A stretch of DNA of 64,000 nt from Candidatus Levyibacteriota bacterium (GTDB lineage: Bacteria > Patescibacteriota > Microgenomatia > Levybacterales > UBA12049), in NCBI GenBank assembly GCA_029260905.1, contig JAJDCH010000009.1, positions 26,498 to 90,497 of the forward strand, in the 5' to 3' direction. Below the pieces are notes generated by a model that saw only the letters and a program-made list of their open reading frames with translations, was not told the origin of the DNA and made no database searches. Numbering within the stretch: the first letter of the stretch is position 1; each line of letters begins with the position of its first letter. This document shows positions 36,410 through 45,895 of this stretch, in pieces. The position numbers and the translations under genes are program-made.

Positions 36410-37093
36410 ATGCCTGTTCAAAAAGCACATGCTACAACGCAAAAATTTACAGAGATTGTTGACTTTGTCGACAATCTGGTAATCCTTGAGGGGGGAGCTG
36501 CTTGCCTTGTGATTGAAATAACAGCTAGCAACTTCTCGCTTCTATCCAGAAGAGAGCAGGATTCTCGTATTTTTTCTTACGCTTCGCTTCTTAATTCACT
36601 TTCTTTTCCAATACAAATACTTATCAGAAATAAAAAAATGGATATATCGCTTTATCTAAGAGAGCTAGATGCTGTTGTTAAAAGCACCAAAAACGAACAA
36701 CTGGCAACATATATTGATTATTATCGAGATTTTGTTCAGGAAATGGTGACAGTAAACGTTGTTTTAAACAAAGCTTTTTATATCGTCATTCCATTTTCAT
36801 CACTTGAGCTGGGCATTGGTGGAGCAACAAAACAAGCAACAAAAAAAGGCTCTCCAGCCCCATCTCAAAAAGATGTTTTTGCTCAAACAGCTGCAAAAGC
36901 TCTGCAATCAAAGGCAAGCTCAGTCCTTGGACAGCTTCAAAAATTTGCGGTAACAGCTCGTGTTCTTGAAAAGGAAGACCTAGTGAAGCTTTTTTATGAT
37001 ATATACAATGACGGCGCAAATATAGGAACTGAGCAGGTAAAAGATGCTGCAGATACTCCAATCATAAGAAAAGAAGGAGAAGTTCAAGCATGA
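36410..37093 (+). CDS. T4SS-associated protein resembling the VirB4/TraC N-terminal region
   Basis: NFSLLSRREQD..IFSYASLLNSLSFPIQI...FYIVIPF; lies between PrgI and VirB4. Confidence 0.7.
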   Translation: MPVQKAHATTQKFTEIVDFVDNLVILEGGAACLVIEITASNFSLLSRREQDSRIFSYASLLNSLSFPIQILIRNKKMDISLYLRELDAVVKSTKNEQLATYIDYYRDFVQEMVTVNVVLNKAFYIVIPFSSLELGIGGATKQATKKGSPAPSQKDVFAQTAAKALQSKASSVLGQLQKFAVTARVLEKEDLVKLFYDIYNDGANIGTEQVKDAADTPIIRKEGEVQA

Positions 37094-39144
37094 AAATCCC
37101 ATTTTTAAATAAATCATCCAAACAAACACCCACCTCACAAGTGGTAAAAAAAGCGCAAGGCGTTCCCCAACAAAAAACTGCACCTCAGGTTGTAAAACCG
37201 CAACAAAATAAAGCTATTGCAACGCTTGAGAAGGGCGCAACGTCAGTTATTGACATAATAGCTCCCTCATCTGTTGAAGTTGACTTTCGTTATGTCAGGG
37301 TTGGCGAGACCTATTACACAACTCTTTTTCTCGCTGGCTATCCACGCTATGTTTCTCCAGGCTGGCTAACGCCAATTATTGATTATGACCATACATTGGA
37401 TATCAGCATGTTTATTTACCCAACCTCATCATCAGACGTTCTTAGTGATTTAAAAAGAAAAATTGGTGAAATGCAAGCAACTATTTCATCTGATGCAGAA
37501 GCAGGCAAAGCAACAGACCCGACAGTTGAGGCGGCGCTTGAAGACGCGCTTGGTCTTCAGGAAGAGCTAGCCAAGGGAGTTGAGAGATTCTTCCAGTTTG
37601 GTTTTTATATCACTGTTTCAGCAGGAGACCTGGGAGAACTCCAAGAAACAACCAAAGAATTAAAAACCACACTAAGCTCTCTTCTTCTTGCAGGCAAAAC
37701 AGCAACTCTTCAGTCAGAAGAAGGCTTTAAGTCAACTCTTCCAATCGGACAAGACAGGCTTTATATAACACGAAATATGGATACCACCTCTCTTGCAACC
37801 ACCTTTCCCTTCACATCAGCTGTTTTAACTCAAAATAAAGGCGTAATGTATGGAGTGAATCAACAGAATGGGTCACTTATCATCTTTGACAGATTTTCCC
37901 TTGAAAATGCCAATGAGGTGGTTCTTGGAAAATCTGGCGCGGGAAAATCTTACACAATTAAGCTTGAAATCGCCAGACAATTCATGCTTGGCGCAGAGGT
38001 TATTGTAATTGATCCTGAAGGAGAGTATGGAACACTTACTCCAACCCTCGGAGGTGAGACAGTTGATTTTTCATCAAACTCCGAAGTAAAACTAAACCCT
38101 TTTGACCTTGCAGATGTTTATGAAGAGGGCGAAAACCAATTGGGGTTGAAGATTCTTTCTCTACACGGACTTCTAAAAATAATCATGGGGGACATGGATG
38201 CAGAGCATGATGCTATTCTAGACAGAGCCTTAATTGAAACTTATCGTCAAAAGGGAATAACTACCGACCCTGCAACCCAAAAAAAACAACCCCCACTTAT
38301 GGAAGATCTTTATAAAGCGCTCCTTGGCATGGAAACACAAACTGCAAAAGACCTAGCTTTCAGGCTCGAGAAATTCATCAAAGGTTCTGCTGCTGGGATT
38401 TTTAATCAACAATCAAACTTCGTAATCGACAATCCTCTAACAGTTTTTTCAATCCGAAACCTTGAAGAGGAGTTAAGACCAGTTGCAATGCACATCATTC
38501 TTGATTTTGTCTGGACAAAGGTTAAAAAAACTCTTAAAAAAAGAATTCTGATCCTTGATGAAGCATGGTACATGATGAAATATCAGGACTCTGCATCGTT
38601 TGTCTACTCAATTGCAAAAAGAGCGCGTAAATACTACCTTGGCATGACCACGGCTACACAAGATGTCGAAGACTTTCTCAAAAACGAATATGGCAAGGCG
38701 GTTCTCACCAACTCATCAATCCAAATACTTCTTAAGCAAGGGACTGCTGAGGTCGATATGATCGCTGATACGTTTTATTTATCGGAGGGAGAAAAGGCCC
38801 TTCTTCTTTCATCTGATGTAGGGGAAGGACTTTTCTTTGCCGGACAAAACCATGTAACCATGAAGGTGTTTGCAGCGCCTTTTGAGCATGAATTGATAAC
38901 ATCCAATCCTCAAGAGGTTATGAAACGACAAGAAGAAGAAAAGGCAGAAAGAGACACTGAGGCAGCAGAGTCAGCTTCTCAAGCTCCACAAGCAGCACAG
39001 CAGACCACAACACAACAACCTAGCCCTCAGACAACACCACAAACACCTGCTCCTGAAGCGCCAGCTGCTCCCCAAGCCCAAAATTCCACAACTCCAACTA
39101 CTACACCTCCGGGTGTTCCCCCAACTGCTCAGCAGACATCATAG
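37090..39144 (+). CDS. virB4: VirB4-like ATPase
   Basis: FPFTS, GVMYGVN, VLGKSGAGKS (Walker A), IDPEGEY, LNPFD, ILDEAW (Walker B), RARKY...TQD. Confidence 0.88.
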   Translation: MKIPFLNKSSKQTPTSQVVKKAQGVPQQKTAPQVVKPQQNKAIATLEKGATSVIDIIAPSSVEVDFRYVRVGETYYTTLFLAGYPRYVSPGWLTPIIDYDHTLDISMFIYPTSSSDVLSDLKRKIGEMQATISSDAEAGKATDPTVEAALEDALGLQEELAKGVERFFQFGFYITVSAGDLGELQETTKELKTTLSSLLLAGKTATLQSEEGFKSTLPIGQDRLYITRNMDTTSLATTFPFTSAVLTQNKGVMYGVNQQNGSLIIFDRFSLENANEVVLGKSGAGKSYTIKLEIARQFMLGAEVIVIDPEGEYGTLTPTLGGETVDFSSNSEVKLNPFDLADVYEEGENQLGLKILSLHGLLKIIMGDMDAEHDAILDRALIETYRQKGITTDPATQKKQPPLMEDLYKALLGMETQTAKDLAFRLEKFIKGSAAGIFNQQSNFVIDNPLTVFSIRNLEEELRPVAMHIILDFVWTKVKKTLKKRILILDEAWYMMKYQDSASFVYSIAKRARKYYLGMTTATQDVEDFLKNEYGKAVLTNSSIQILLKQGTAEVDMIADTFYLSEGEKALLLSSDVGEGLFFAGQNHVTMKVFAAPFEHELITSNPQEVMKRQEEEKAERDTEAAESASQAPQAAQQTTTQQPSPQTTPQTPAPEAPAAPQAQNSTTPTTTPPGVPPTAQQTS

Positions 39145-39167
39145 AGCTTTTTTGCTACTATTAAACT

Positions 39168-40445
39168 ATGGACATTGAGAACAAATTACCAGAAGAAGAT
39201 CAATCAGAAGAACAAGAAAACAATGACCGATCTAGCCCCTCAAATCCCAGCTCCAATGGCAGGGGTGAAAAAAAGGAAGCCAAGAACGAAGTAAAACAAA
39301 ACAAAAAAGAAAATATTGACAAAAACGATCAAAAAGCTAAGGGCAAAGATGATGCTCTCAATCAACAACACAGCAAAGATAAAGGGCTAGGACTTTTAAG
39401 CAAAAAATTAAAGGCTGTTCGCGAAGCAAAAAGAGGAGAGAGGCTTAAGGCTGCAAAAACCTTAGCCAAAAGCGCAATCAAAAAAAAAGTTTTGCAAGCT
39501 GCTAAAAAAGGTCTTATTGCTGGTGGAAACACCATTGCGCCTGGACTTGGTACTGCTACAGGGTTTGCTATAGATCATCCCAAAACAGCTGCAATTATTG
39601 TTGTCTTGGCCATTACACTTCCAATTATAATATTAACTATGGTTTTTTCTGCATTTACCAGTTCTTTAAACACTTCTGGTGAGGGTGATTCCGTTTTTGT
39701 TTCAGGCTCTTGTCCACATGATGCGATTGCTGGCGGCGTGGCAGAATGTTCGATAAACGTTTCTTATCCTGGAGAAGCATCAGACATACTAATTTCAATT
39801 GACCTTCCACCTGGCACTGAATATATCGACTCTGTGCCTGAAGCCACTTTTGACGGCAAGACCATCTCGTGGAGTCTTATTGGCCCAAACCCCTTACCAA
39901 ACGCAAAACTAAGCAATGTCAACACAACCCTGCTTTTCCATCTACGTGGAAGTGGTGTTCCCTCGGCAAGCCTACCCATTGCTTACTCGATTGTTCCATT
40001 TGTTGAATCAGAAACCCCCATTCAAGAAGCATTAAACAATTCTGGTTGTGATGGATCAACCCCGAATAATCCTCATGGAAATTTTGGCAACCCAAATTGC
40101 GATTTTAATAAAAATGAATTGGGTAAAATTTTAAGAAGAGAAGACCCTGCCAACGCATACAAATGGGATGCAATAATAGCTTGTGAGAGTACATACAACC
40201 CAAACGCCTATAATCCAAATTCCTCTAGTGGAAAAGGGGCATATGGGCTTTTGCAGATGAATCCCGCACAACAAAGAACTGATATTTATAGATTTGATGC
40301 TGGAAATGTAAACTGGAACCCAGACAGTAGGCCACTTGGTGTTGCAGCAGGAGCACAGGTTACAAACGCAATAAACTATAATACTATTGGATTGAAAGGA
40401 AGTTTCAAGTATTGGGAATGTAGAAAGGCAGCTGGAATAAGATGA
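39168..40445 (+). CDS. membrane-anchored protein with Ig-like domain and C-terminal lytic transglycosylase (SLT-like) domain
   Basis: Charged N-terminus, TM, DUF11-like LPPGTEYIDS..ATFDG..ISW, then IIACESTYNPNA...GAYGLLQM. Confidence 0.78.
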   Translation: MDIENKLPEEDQSEEQENNDRSSPSNPSSNGRGEKKEAKNEVKQNKKENIDKNDQKAKGKDDALNQQHSKDKGLGLLSKKLKAVREAKRGERLKAAKTLAKSAIKKKVLQAAKKGLIAGGNTIAPGLGTATGFAIDHPKTAAIIVVLAITLPIIILTMVFSAFTSSLNTSGEGDSVFVSGSCPHDAIAGGVAECSINVSYPGEASDILISIDLPPGTEYIDSVPEATFDGKTISWSLIGPNPLPNAKLSNVNTTLLFHLRGSGVPSASLPIAYSIVPFVESETPIQEALNNSGCDGSTPNNPHGNFGNPNCDFNKNELGKILRREDPANAYKWDAIIACESTYNPNAYNPNSSSGKGAYGLLQMNPAQQRTDIYRFDAGNVNWNPDSRPLGVAAGAQVTNAINYNTIGLKGSFKYWECRKAAGIR

Positions 40446-40981
40446 TAAACATAGACAAAAAATACATTTTACTAGGAGCGCTTTTTTTAACTCTTGTGTT
40501 TGTGCTTGTGTTAATTGCAACCGGATCAGTCGGAGCGCCAGTTGCAGAGGACCAGTCAACAATTCCAACACAATCACCTATTGATGGCAATCTTGATCAA
40601 GCCAACACAATTCCACCCGTCACATACAATACTGATGCAAGTAAAAAACAGATTGAGAAAAAAGAAAACAGAATTCCTTTGACTCAATCTGATCTTGATG
40701 CCAAACAAGAAATTCTTTCCCTTCTGCCTGAAGGGCAGAGCTATGGAATTATTTATTCGTCAGAAAATTTCAATATTGAATACGTAGAGTCTTTAGATTT
40801 GATAAAGGTAGAAATTTTGTCAAACAGTATTGAAGATATTAAAACCGAAGCTGTTAACTGGTTTAGGGATCAAGGATTGAGCCAGGAGGGAGTTTGCAAC
40901 TATCCGGTTGATTTTTATCTAGGTTCTGGCGTTGTCCCGGATGGCGGAGAAATATTTAGCCCTATTGCGCCAGGTTGTTGA
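40442..40981 (+). CDS. single-TM hypothetical extracytoplasmic protein
   Basis: N-terminal TM; EAVNWFRDQGLSQEGVC; 4-nt overlap with the upstream stop. Confidence 0.7.
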   Translation: MINIDKKYILLGALFLTLVFVLVLIATGSVGAPVAEDQSTIPTQSPIDGNLDQANTIPPVTYNTDASKKQIEKKENRIPLTQSDLDAKQEILSLLPEGQSYGIIYSSENFNIEYVESLDLIKVEILSNSIEDIKTEAVNWFRDQGLSQEGVCNYPVDFYLGSGVVPDGGEIFSPIAPGC

Positions 40982-40999
40982 GAGTTTTAAAATTTGTTT

Positions 41000-41698
41000 A
41001 TGAGAAAAAAATTAAATATTTTGTTTATATTTTTAATGATCTCTGTTTTTTCAATCATTAACCCCCTAATTGTCTCTGCTCAGACGGGAATTGCTTGTAT
41101 TGATGTTTATTTTGACCCAGGCGCACCTAAACCAGATCCAGCAGAGGGTTGTCCTGATGTGGCTGCACCGGGAGAAATACCAAGCGCTGACAGGACAGCT
41201 CTTTTACAACAAATTTCTACTTTTATTAACAATGGCACCATCTCTTTTTCTCATGACAATGACAAAAACGCAATGCTTGGTAACGGTATTGTCCAGAGGA
41301 GGGTTGGAACCGGAACTGTAGAAATAAGCACTAAGGCGCTACGAATGTATGTTTATATGGCTAATCAGGGTTTTAAATTCAACGTTTCATCTATGATAGG
41401 AGGACACTCAAGGTGTGTTAAGGGGTCTAGTCCTTGCCGCGAATCTGCCCATTGGTCAGGAAGAGGAGTTGATATTAACAATATAAATGATTTTGATATA
41501 GACACAAACAGGTCTAGGGAATCCCAAAATACATTAAAAAATTTTATGATTGTTTTAAACAATATGCCGACAGAGATTTCCCCTCGTCAAATAATTTGCT
41601 CTGGCAATGGTGTGGTAGACTCCTCTGTCTTAGCTTTACAAAAGGGTGTAAGTGGTATTGTTGATGGGCACCTAGATCATGTTCATATAGGTTATTAA
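41000..41698 (+). CDS. secreted zinc peptidase, M15/Hedgehog-DD-peptidase-like
   Basis: Signal peptide, H-x6-D (SAHWSGRGVDI) and HxH (HLDHVHIG). Confidence 0.72.
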   Translation: MRKKLNILFIFLMISVFSIINPLIVSAQTGIACIDVYFDPGAPKPDPAEGCPDVAAPGEIPSADRTALLQQISTFINNGTISFSHDNDKNAMLGNGIVQRRVGTGTVEISTKALRMYVYMANQGFKFNVSSMIGGHSRCVKGSSPCRESAHWSGRGVDINNINDFDIDTNRSRESQNTLKNFMIVLNNMPTEISPRQIICSGNGVVDSSVLALQKGVSGIVDGHLDHVHIGY

Positions 41699-41699
41699 T

Positions 41700-42284
41700 A
41701 TGGATAAAGTGAACTTTCTCAAAAAAAATAAATGGATATTCAGCTTGGTTGTGTTTATTGTTTTTTTGCTGGGCGCATTCTCACTTATTCCATCAAGCAC
41801 CAATCAATTTCCTGAAGAAATTACCCCCACCAGATCTCCTGAGTCAAGTCAAAATGGGTTTTCTGAAGAAGATCCAAAAAATTTTGCTCATGAATATGAG
41901 TTTGATCCCTTAATCGTAGAAGGAGCGACCAATCAAGAGGTATTAACAGACGGAACAATAATATATTCTGTTCCTTCAGAAAACCCAAACCGACCAGATG
42001 AAGTTTATGTAAAAAATGGTCTTATTGTTTTTAAAAGTGTATATATTCCCATAAGCTGGACTATGAAGCTTTCTGAGCTTGTAGAATTTACGGGTGATCC
42101 TCCGTGGATTTTTGAAGGGTCTAAATATTATGGTGACACAATAAGGGTTTATGTTTACCCTGATATGGGGCTTGCATTGATTGTGGATGAAGATAAAGAT
42201 TTAGTGTTGGAGCAACACCTTTTTGACCCCATGCCTGTTGAGCAATACATTGAAAGGTATGGGGAGGATATCCCTGCGCGTTAG
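41700..42284 (+). CDS. single-TM hypothetical extracytoplasmic protein
   Basis: N-terminal TM; YVYPDMGLALIV; starts 1 nt after the peptidase stop. Confidence 0.7.
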   Translation: MDKVNFLKKNKWIFSLVVFIVFLLGAFSLIPSSTNQFPEEITPTRSPESSQNGFSEEDPKNFAHEYEFDPLIVEGATNQEVLTDGTIIYSVPSENPNRPDEVYVKNGLIVFKSVYIPISWTMKLSELVEFTGDPPWIFEGSKYYGDTIRVYVYPDMGLALIVDEDKDLVLEQHLFDPMPVEQYIERYGEDIPAR

Positions 42285-43396
42285 TTTTGCTGTACTTTTA
42301 CCGGCATTATTATATGAAGAAATGAGGGATCGTCTTTTATTTTGAAAACTCCTGGATTTAGGGGGCCTGTCATTTCAAAAACAAGTTCTTTTGAGTTTAT
42401 GGTAGATAGGGCTTCTTGCAGGTAGCGCGCGTTAAAAGCTATTTCATTGTCCTCTCCCTTCATGTTTGCCTCCACTTCTACTTCATTTTCTCCTGTTGAT
42501 GTTGATTGAGAAGATATTGTTATTTTATTTTTTCCAAAAGATAATTTAATAATATTTGCTCCATCTCTTGCAAAAACAGAGCATGTTTTAACAGCTCTTT
42601 GCATTTCTTCTCTGTCAAAAGAAACATTTAATGAAAAATCGGTGGGAATTATTTTTTCAAAATTAGGGTATGTGGCCTCAATTAATCTTCCCACAAGCAC
42701 ACTTTCTCCTTGTTCGAAAAGTAGCTGATTGTTGTCTGTCGACACATACATTCCTACCTCTTCCGAATCATCATTTATAGATAATAGTTCTTTAAACACT
42801 CTGGCAGGAACTATAAAAGGTGTTTTGTTGTTTAATTTTTTTGTTTTTGTTTTGTGGTGTTTTAAAGACAAACGATAACCATCTGTTGCTACAAGAAGAA
42901 ACCCTTCTTCTTCTGGTCTTAAAAGAACACCTGACAAGGCAGGTCTTGTGGTGTCTGTGCTTGCCGAAAAAATAACTTGAGAGAAATCTTTCTGTCCTTC
43001 TTCTTTATTAAAATTTGTTATTTTTTCTCCTTTTTCTTTATATATATTTGGGAATTCTTCTTCATTAATTGTTTGGAAGGTGCTTTTTGTTTTTTTTGTA
43101 CTCACAGTAAGGGAGGTTTTGTTTTTTGTTTCTATGGTTATGGTTTCTTCATTAAGAGAACTAACCAATTCTATAAATGTTCTTGCGGGTATTGTTATTT
43201 CTCCTTCCTCTTCTATTTTTGCAGGTATTTTGGTTTCTATGCCTATTTCTAAATCAGTAGCTGTTATTTTCAATTCTTTACCTTGTGCTCGTATAAGAAT
43301 ATTTAAAAGGATTGGTAGTTGCCCCTTGCTGGAAACAGCATGATTTACAAAAGAAAGTTTGTTTTTTAAAATGTTTGTTAAAACCTGTATCTTCAT
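42281..43396 (-). CDS. dnaN: DNA polymerase III beta clamp
   Basis: ATDLEIG, RPALSGV, VATDGYRL, YPNFEKIIP, IAFNARYL, IIMPV. Confidence 0.98.
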   Translation of the reverse strand: MKIQVLTNILKNKLSFVNHAVSSKGQLPILLNILIRAQGKELKITATDLEIGIETKIPAKIEEEGEITIPARTFIELVSSLNEETITIETKNKTSLTVSTKKTKSTFQTINEEEFPNIYKEKGEKITNFNKEEGQKDFSQVIFSASTDTTRPALSGVLLRPEEEGFLLVATDGYRLSLKHHKTKTKKLNNKTPFIVPARVFKELLSINDDSEEVGMYVSTDNNQLLFEQGESVLVGRLIEATYPNFEKIIPTDFSLNVSFDREEMQRAVKTCSVFARDGANIIKLSFGKNKITISSQSTSTGENEVEVEANMKGEDNEIAFNARYLQEALSTINSKELVFEMTGPLNPGVFKIKDDPSFLHIIMPVKVQQN

Positions 43397-43644
43397 ATAA
43401 CTATTTTAGTTGTTGTAGTAGTCTATCTGGAAAAGTGGAAAAAATCAACTTATAAATATCTTATAAAGAAATTTATATAAATTAGTTTATCCACCAAATC
43501 AACCTTTTTTTTTAAAAAAACAAAATATAATAATGCCAAACCTCATTAAACCATAGGCATAAAAAATGTGGATAAAATGTTTAAATCTTTCTGTATAAAA
43601 TGTTAACAAAAAAATAACAAAAACTTCTTAACAAATTATCCACG
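43397..43644. other. putative replication origin oriC (dnaA-dnaN spacer)
   Basis: AT-rich spacer with DnaA boxes TGTGGATAA (43567-43575, perfect), TTATCCACC (43487), TTATCCACG (43636) and a box pair plus trio-like tract next to dnaN. Confidence 0.8.
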
Positions 43645-45000
43645 TATTGTTTTGGTAATCCCCAATATTTCCTCTTGTATTTCTTTTTTATTATTCATTA
43701 AATCACGCACCTTATCCACAGCGTGCATGATTGTTGTGTGATCTCGACCACCCATCACATTTCCAATATTGGTTAATGTAAGCCCCAACTCTTCTTTTAA
43801 TATAAACATGGTTATATGTCTAGCGCGAACCAAAAAAGCATCTCTTTTGGGACCAGTTAGCATGGTGGGCTTTATTCTATAAAAAGAACATACCTGATCT
43901 ATAACATCGTCTGCATGTAGGTGGTGAGTTTTTTCAGGCACAAAGTTTCCTAATGACTGTTGAGCCACCTTCAGTGTTAAAGTCTCATTTTTTGTTTTTG
44001 CTTCTGTAACAACCCTAAGCAAAAGCCCCTCAAGAGATCTTGTATCTGTTGCTTGCTCTGCTAAATATTTTGCAACATCAATAGGTAGATCAAAACCAAA
44101 CTTTTTGGCTTTTATCAAAAGAATAGCAGTCTTTAATTCAAAATCCGGTTTTGCAATATCTACAGTTAACCCTCCTGCAAAACGGGAAGAAAGTCTTTTT
44201 TCAAGCTTTTTTATTTCATGGGGAGGTCTATCCGAAGAAAGAGCTATTTGTGAGCCCTTATCTATTAAAATATTAAAAGTGTGAAAAAGCTCCTCTTGAA
44301 CCTTTTCTTTGCCCTCAACAAATTGAATATCGTCAATTATAAGAAGGTTTGCAGATCGAAATCTTTTTTTCATTCTTCCTGTATCATTGCTTCTAATAGC
44401 TTCAACCACCTCGTTTGTAAACTCCTCACTAGTTATGTAGATTATTTTTTGAGAAGGGTTGTCCACATAAACCTTATTTGCTATAGCATGCATTAAATGT
44501 GTTTTTCCAACACCAACAGGACCATAGATAAAAAGCGGATTGTAAGATTTTCCAATATTACCTGCAACTGTTTGTGCAGAAACAGTTGCTAGTTGATTGC
44601 TGCCTGAAACAGCAAAGTTGTTAAATGTAAAGTCTGGCCTCACACGTGGTAAGTGACCAATTGTTTTTTCTTCATTTCCAGCATTTTTTATCGTTTGTTC
44701 TGCAAAAAGAGGCCCTTCATCAATGTCTTTGTTTTTAAGCATGACACCCACTCTTGGTACAAAAATAACTGAGACCTTTTCTCCGGTATGAAGATAAAGA
44801 GACTCTTCAATCTCTTTTAAAAACCTTGTTTTTAACATGTTTATCACCATTGGAGAGGTTGCAGCAACTGACGCTGTTTTTGCATTAATTGATAAAAGAG
44901 AAGTTGGTTTGAGAAGGGCGGCAAATGTTCCTCGAGAAACGCTAGGCTTTATTCCAGATAAAACCTTGTCCCAAACTTTTTTTAACTTTATTTCGTTCAT
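43636..45000 (-). CDS. dnaA: chromosomal replication initiator DnaA
   Basis: YNPLFIYGPVGVGKTHL, IDDIQF, QEELFHTFN, SDRPP, GGRDHTTIMHA. Confidence 0.98.
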   Translation of the reverse strand: MNEIKLKKVWDKVLSGIKPSVSRGTFAALLKPTSLLSINAKTASVAATSPMVINMLKTRFLKEIEESLYLHTGEKVSVIFVPRVGVMLKNKDIDEGPLFAEQTIKNAGNEEKTIGHLPRVRPDFTFNNFAVSGSNQLATVSAQTVAGNIGKSYNPLFIYGPVGVGKTHLMHAIANKVYVDNPSQKIIYITSEEFTNEVVEAIRSNDTGRMKKRFRSANLLIIDDIQFVEGKEKVQEELFHTFNILIDKGSQIALSSDRPPHEIKKLEKRLSSRFAGGLTVDIAKPDFELKTAILLIKAKKFGFDLPIDVAKYLAEQATDTRSLEGLLLRVVTEAKTKNETLTLKVAQQSLGNFVPEKTHHLHADDVIDQVCSFYRIKPTMLTGPKRDAFLVRARHITMFILKEELGLTLTNIGNVMGGRDHTTIMHAVDKVRDLMNNKKEIQEEILGITKTIRG

Positions 45001-45034
45001 AGTAGATCATGGCGCAGGGTTAACAGTTTAGTAA

Positions 45035-45043
45035 TGTGGATAA
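45035..45043. promoter_or_regulatory. perfect DnaA box upstream of dnaA
   Basis: TGTGGATAA in the dnaA-rpmH spacer. Confidence 0.75.
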
Positions 45044-45187
45044 CTTTTTGTCAAGAGGCAGTTTGCTTACTGGTCAATAATCGACATCAATAACATGTTT
45101 TCTAGAGTCTTTAGTTATGTGTTTTAAGTTTTAAGCCAAGCCGTCAACGCGTTGTTAACCTTTGGTTTTTGTGGTATACTTACCCTC

Positions 45188-45322
45188 ATGGAAAGGTTAA
45201 CAAAACCAAAAAAAATAAAAAGAAAAAGAAAACATGGCTTTCTAACTCTAATGAAAAGCAATGATGGAAGAAAAATAATAAAGCGTAGAAGAGAAACAGG
45301 AAGAAAAAGACTGACTGTCTAA
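45188..45322 (+). CDS. rpmH: 50S ribosomal protein L34
   Basis: Not in the ORF track. MERLTKPKKIKRKRKHGFLTLMKSNDGRKIIKRRRETGRKRLTV; canonical position divergent from dnaA. Confidence 0.93.
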   Translation: MERLTKPKKIKRKRKHGFLTLMKSNDGRKIIKRRRETGRKRLTV

Positions 45323-45330
45323 ACCCTCCC

Positions 45331-45669
45331 ATGTTAAAAAAGCTCTACAGGATAAGTGCCGCAAAAAGATTAAAAAATCCTAATGTTTTTAGATCAAGTT
45401 TTTTTATTGCTAGATTTGAGGATAGCAAGCAGGGTGTGTCTAGGTTTGGTTTTGTTGTTAGAAAAACCATTGATAAAAGGGCGGTTGTCAGAAATAGAAT
45501 CAAAAGACTTTTTAGATCATGCATAGAAGAAGAATTGTTAAATATTAAACCGGGTTTTGATATGCTTTTTTTTGTAGAAAAAGGTATAATAGGAAAAACA
45601 AGAGAAGAGATCTGCGCGGAATTGAAAAGCTTTTTGCTAAAAAAAAACCTCCTGATTTCAAATAATTAA
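45331..45669 (+). CDS. rnpA: ribonuclease P protein component
   Basis: SRFGFVV..AVVRNRIKR; synteny. Confidence 0.95.
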   Translation: MLKKLYRISAAKRLKNPNVFRSSFFIARFEDSKQGVSRFGFVVRKTIDKRAVVRNRIKRLFRSCIEEELLNIKPGFDMLFFVEKGIIGKTREEICAELKSFLLKKNLLISNN

Positions 45670-45670
45670 A

Positions 45671-45895
45671 ATGAAAAAACTTTTTATTTCCACCATCCGA
45701 TTTTACAAATCTTTCATATCTCCTGTTCTTAAGCAGGTTTTGGGAATACAAAAAATTTGTAGGTATGATGTTTCTTGCTCAACCTATGCTATGGACGTGA
45801 TTAAAAAAAAGGGCGTTGTAAAAGGATTAGCTTTATCTTTTAAAAGAATTATAACTTGTGCCAATCCTAATTATTCTTATGGGAAATATATTTGA
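45671..45895 (+). CDS. yidD: membrane protein insertion efficiency factor
   Basis: IRFYKSFISP, CRY..SCSTY, RIITC; synteny. Confidence 0.92.
   Translation: MKKLFISTIRFYKSFISPVLKQVLGIQKICRYDVSCSTYAMDVIKKKGVVKGLALSFKRIITCANPNYSYGKYI

Noticed and set aside
35380-39144. Q/P/T-rich repeats in the PrgI linker and VirB4 tail as DNA repeat elements
   Set aside because: They are low-complexity protein linkers without exact nucleotide periodicity.
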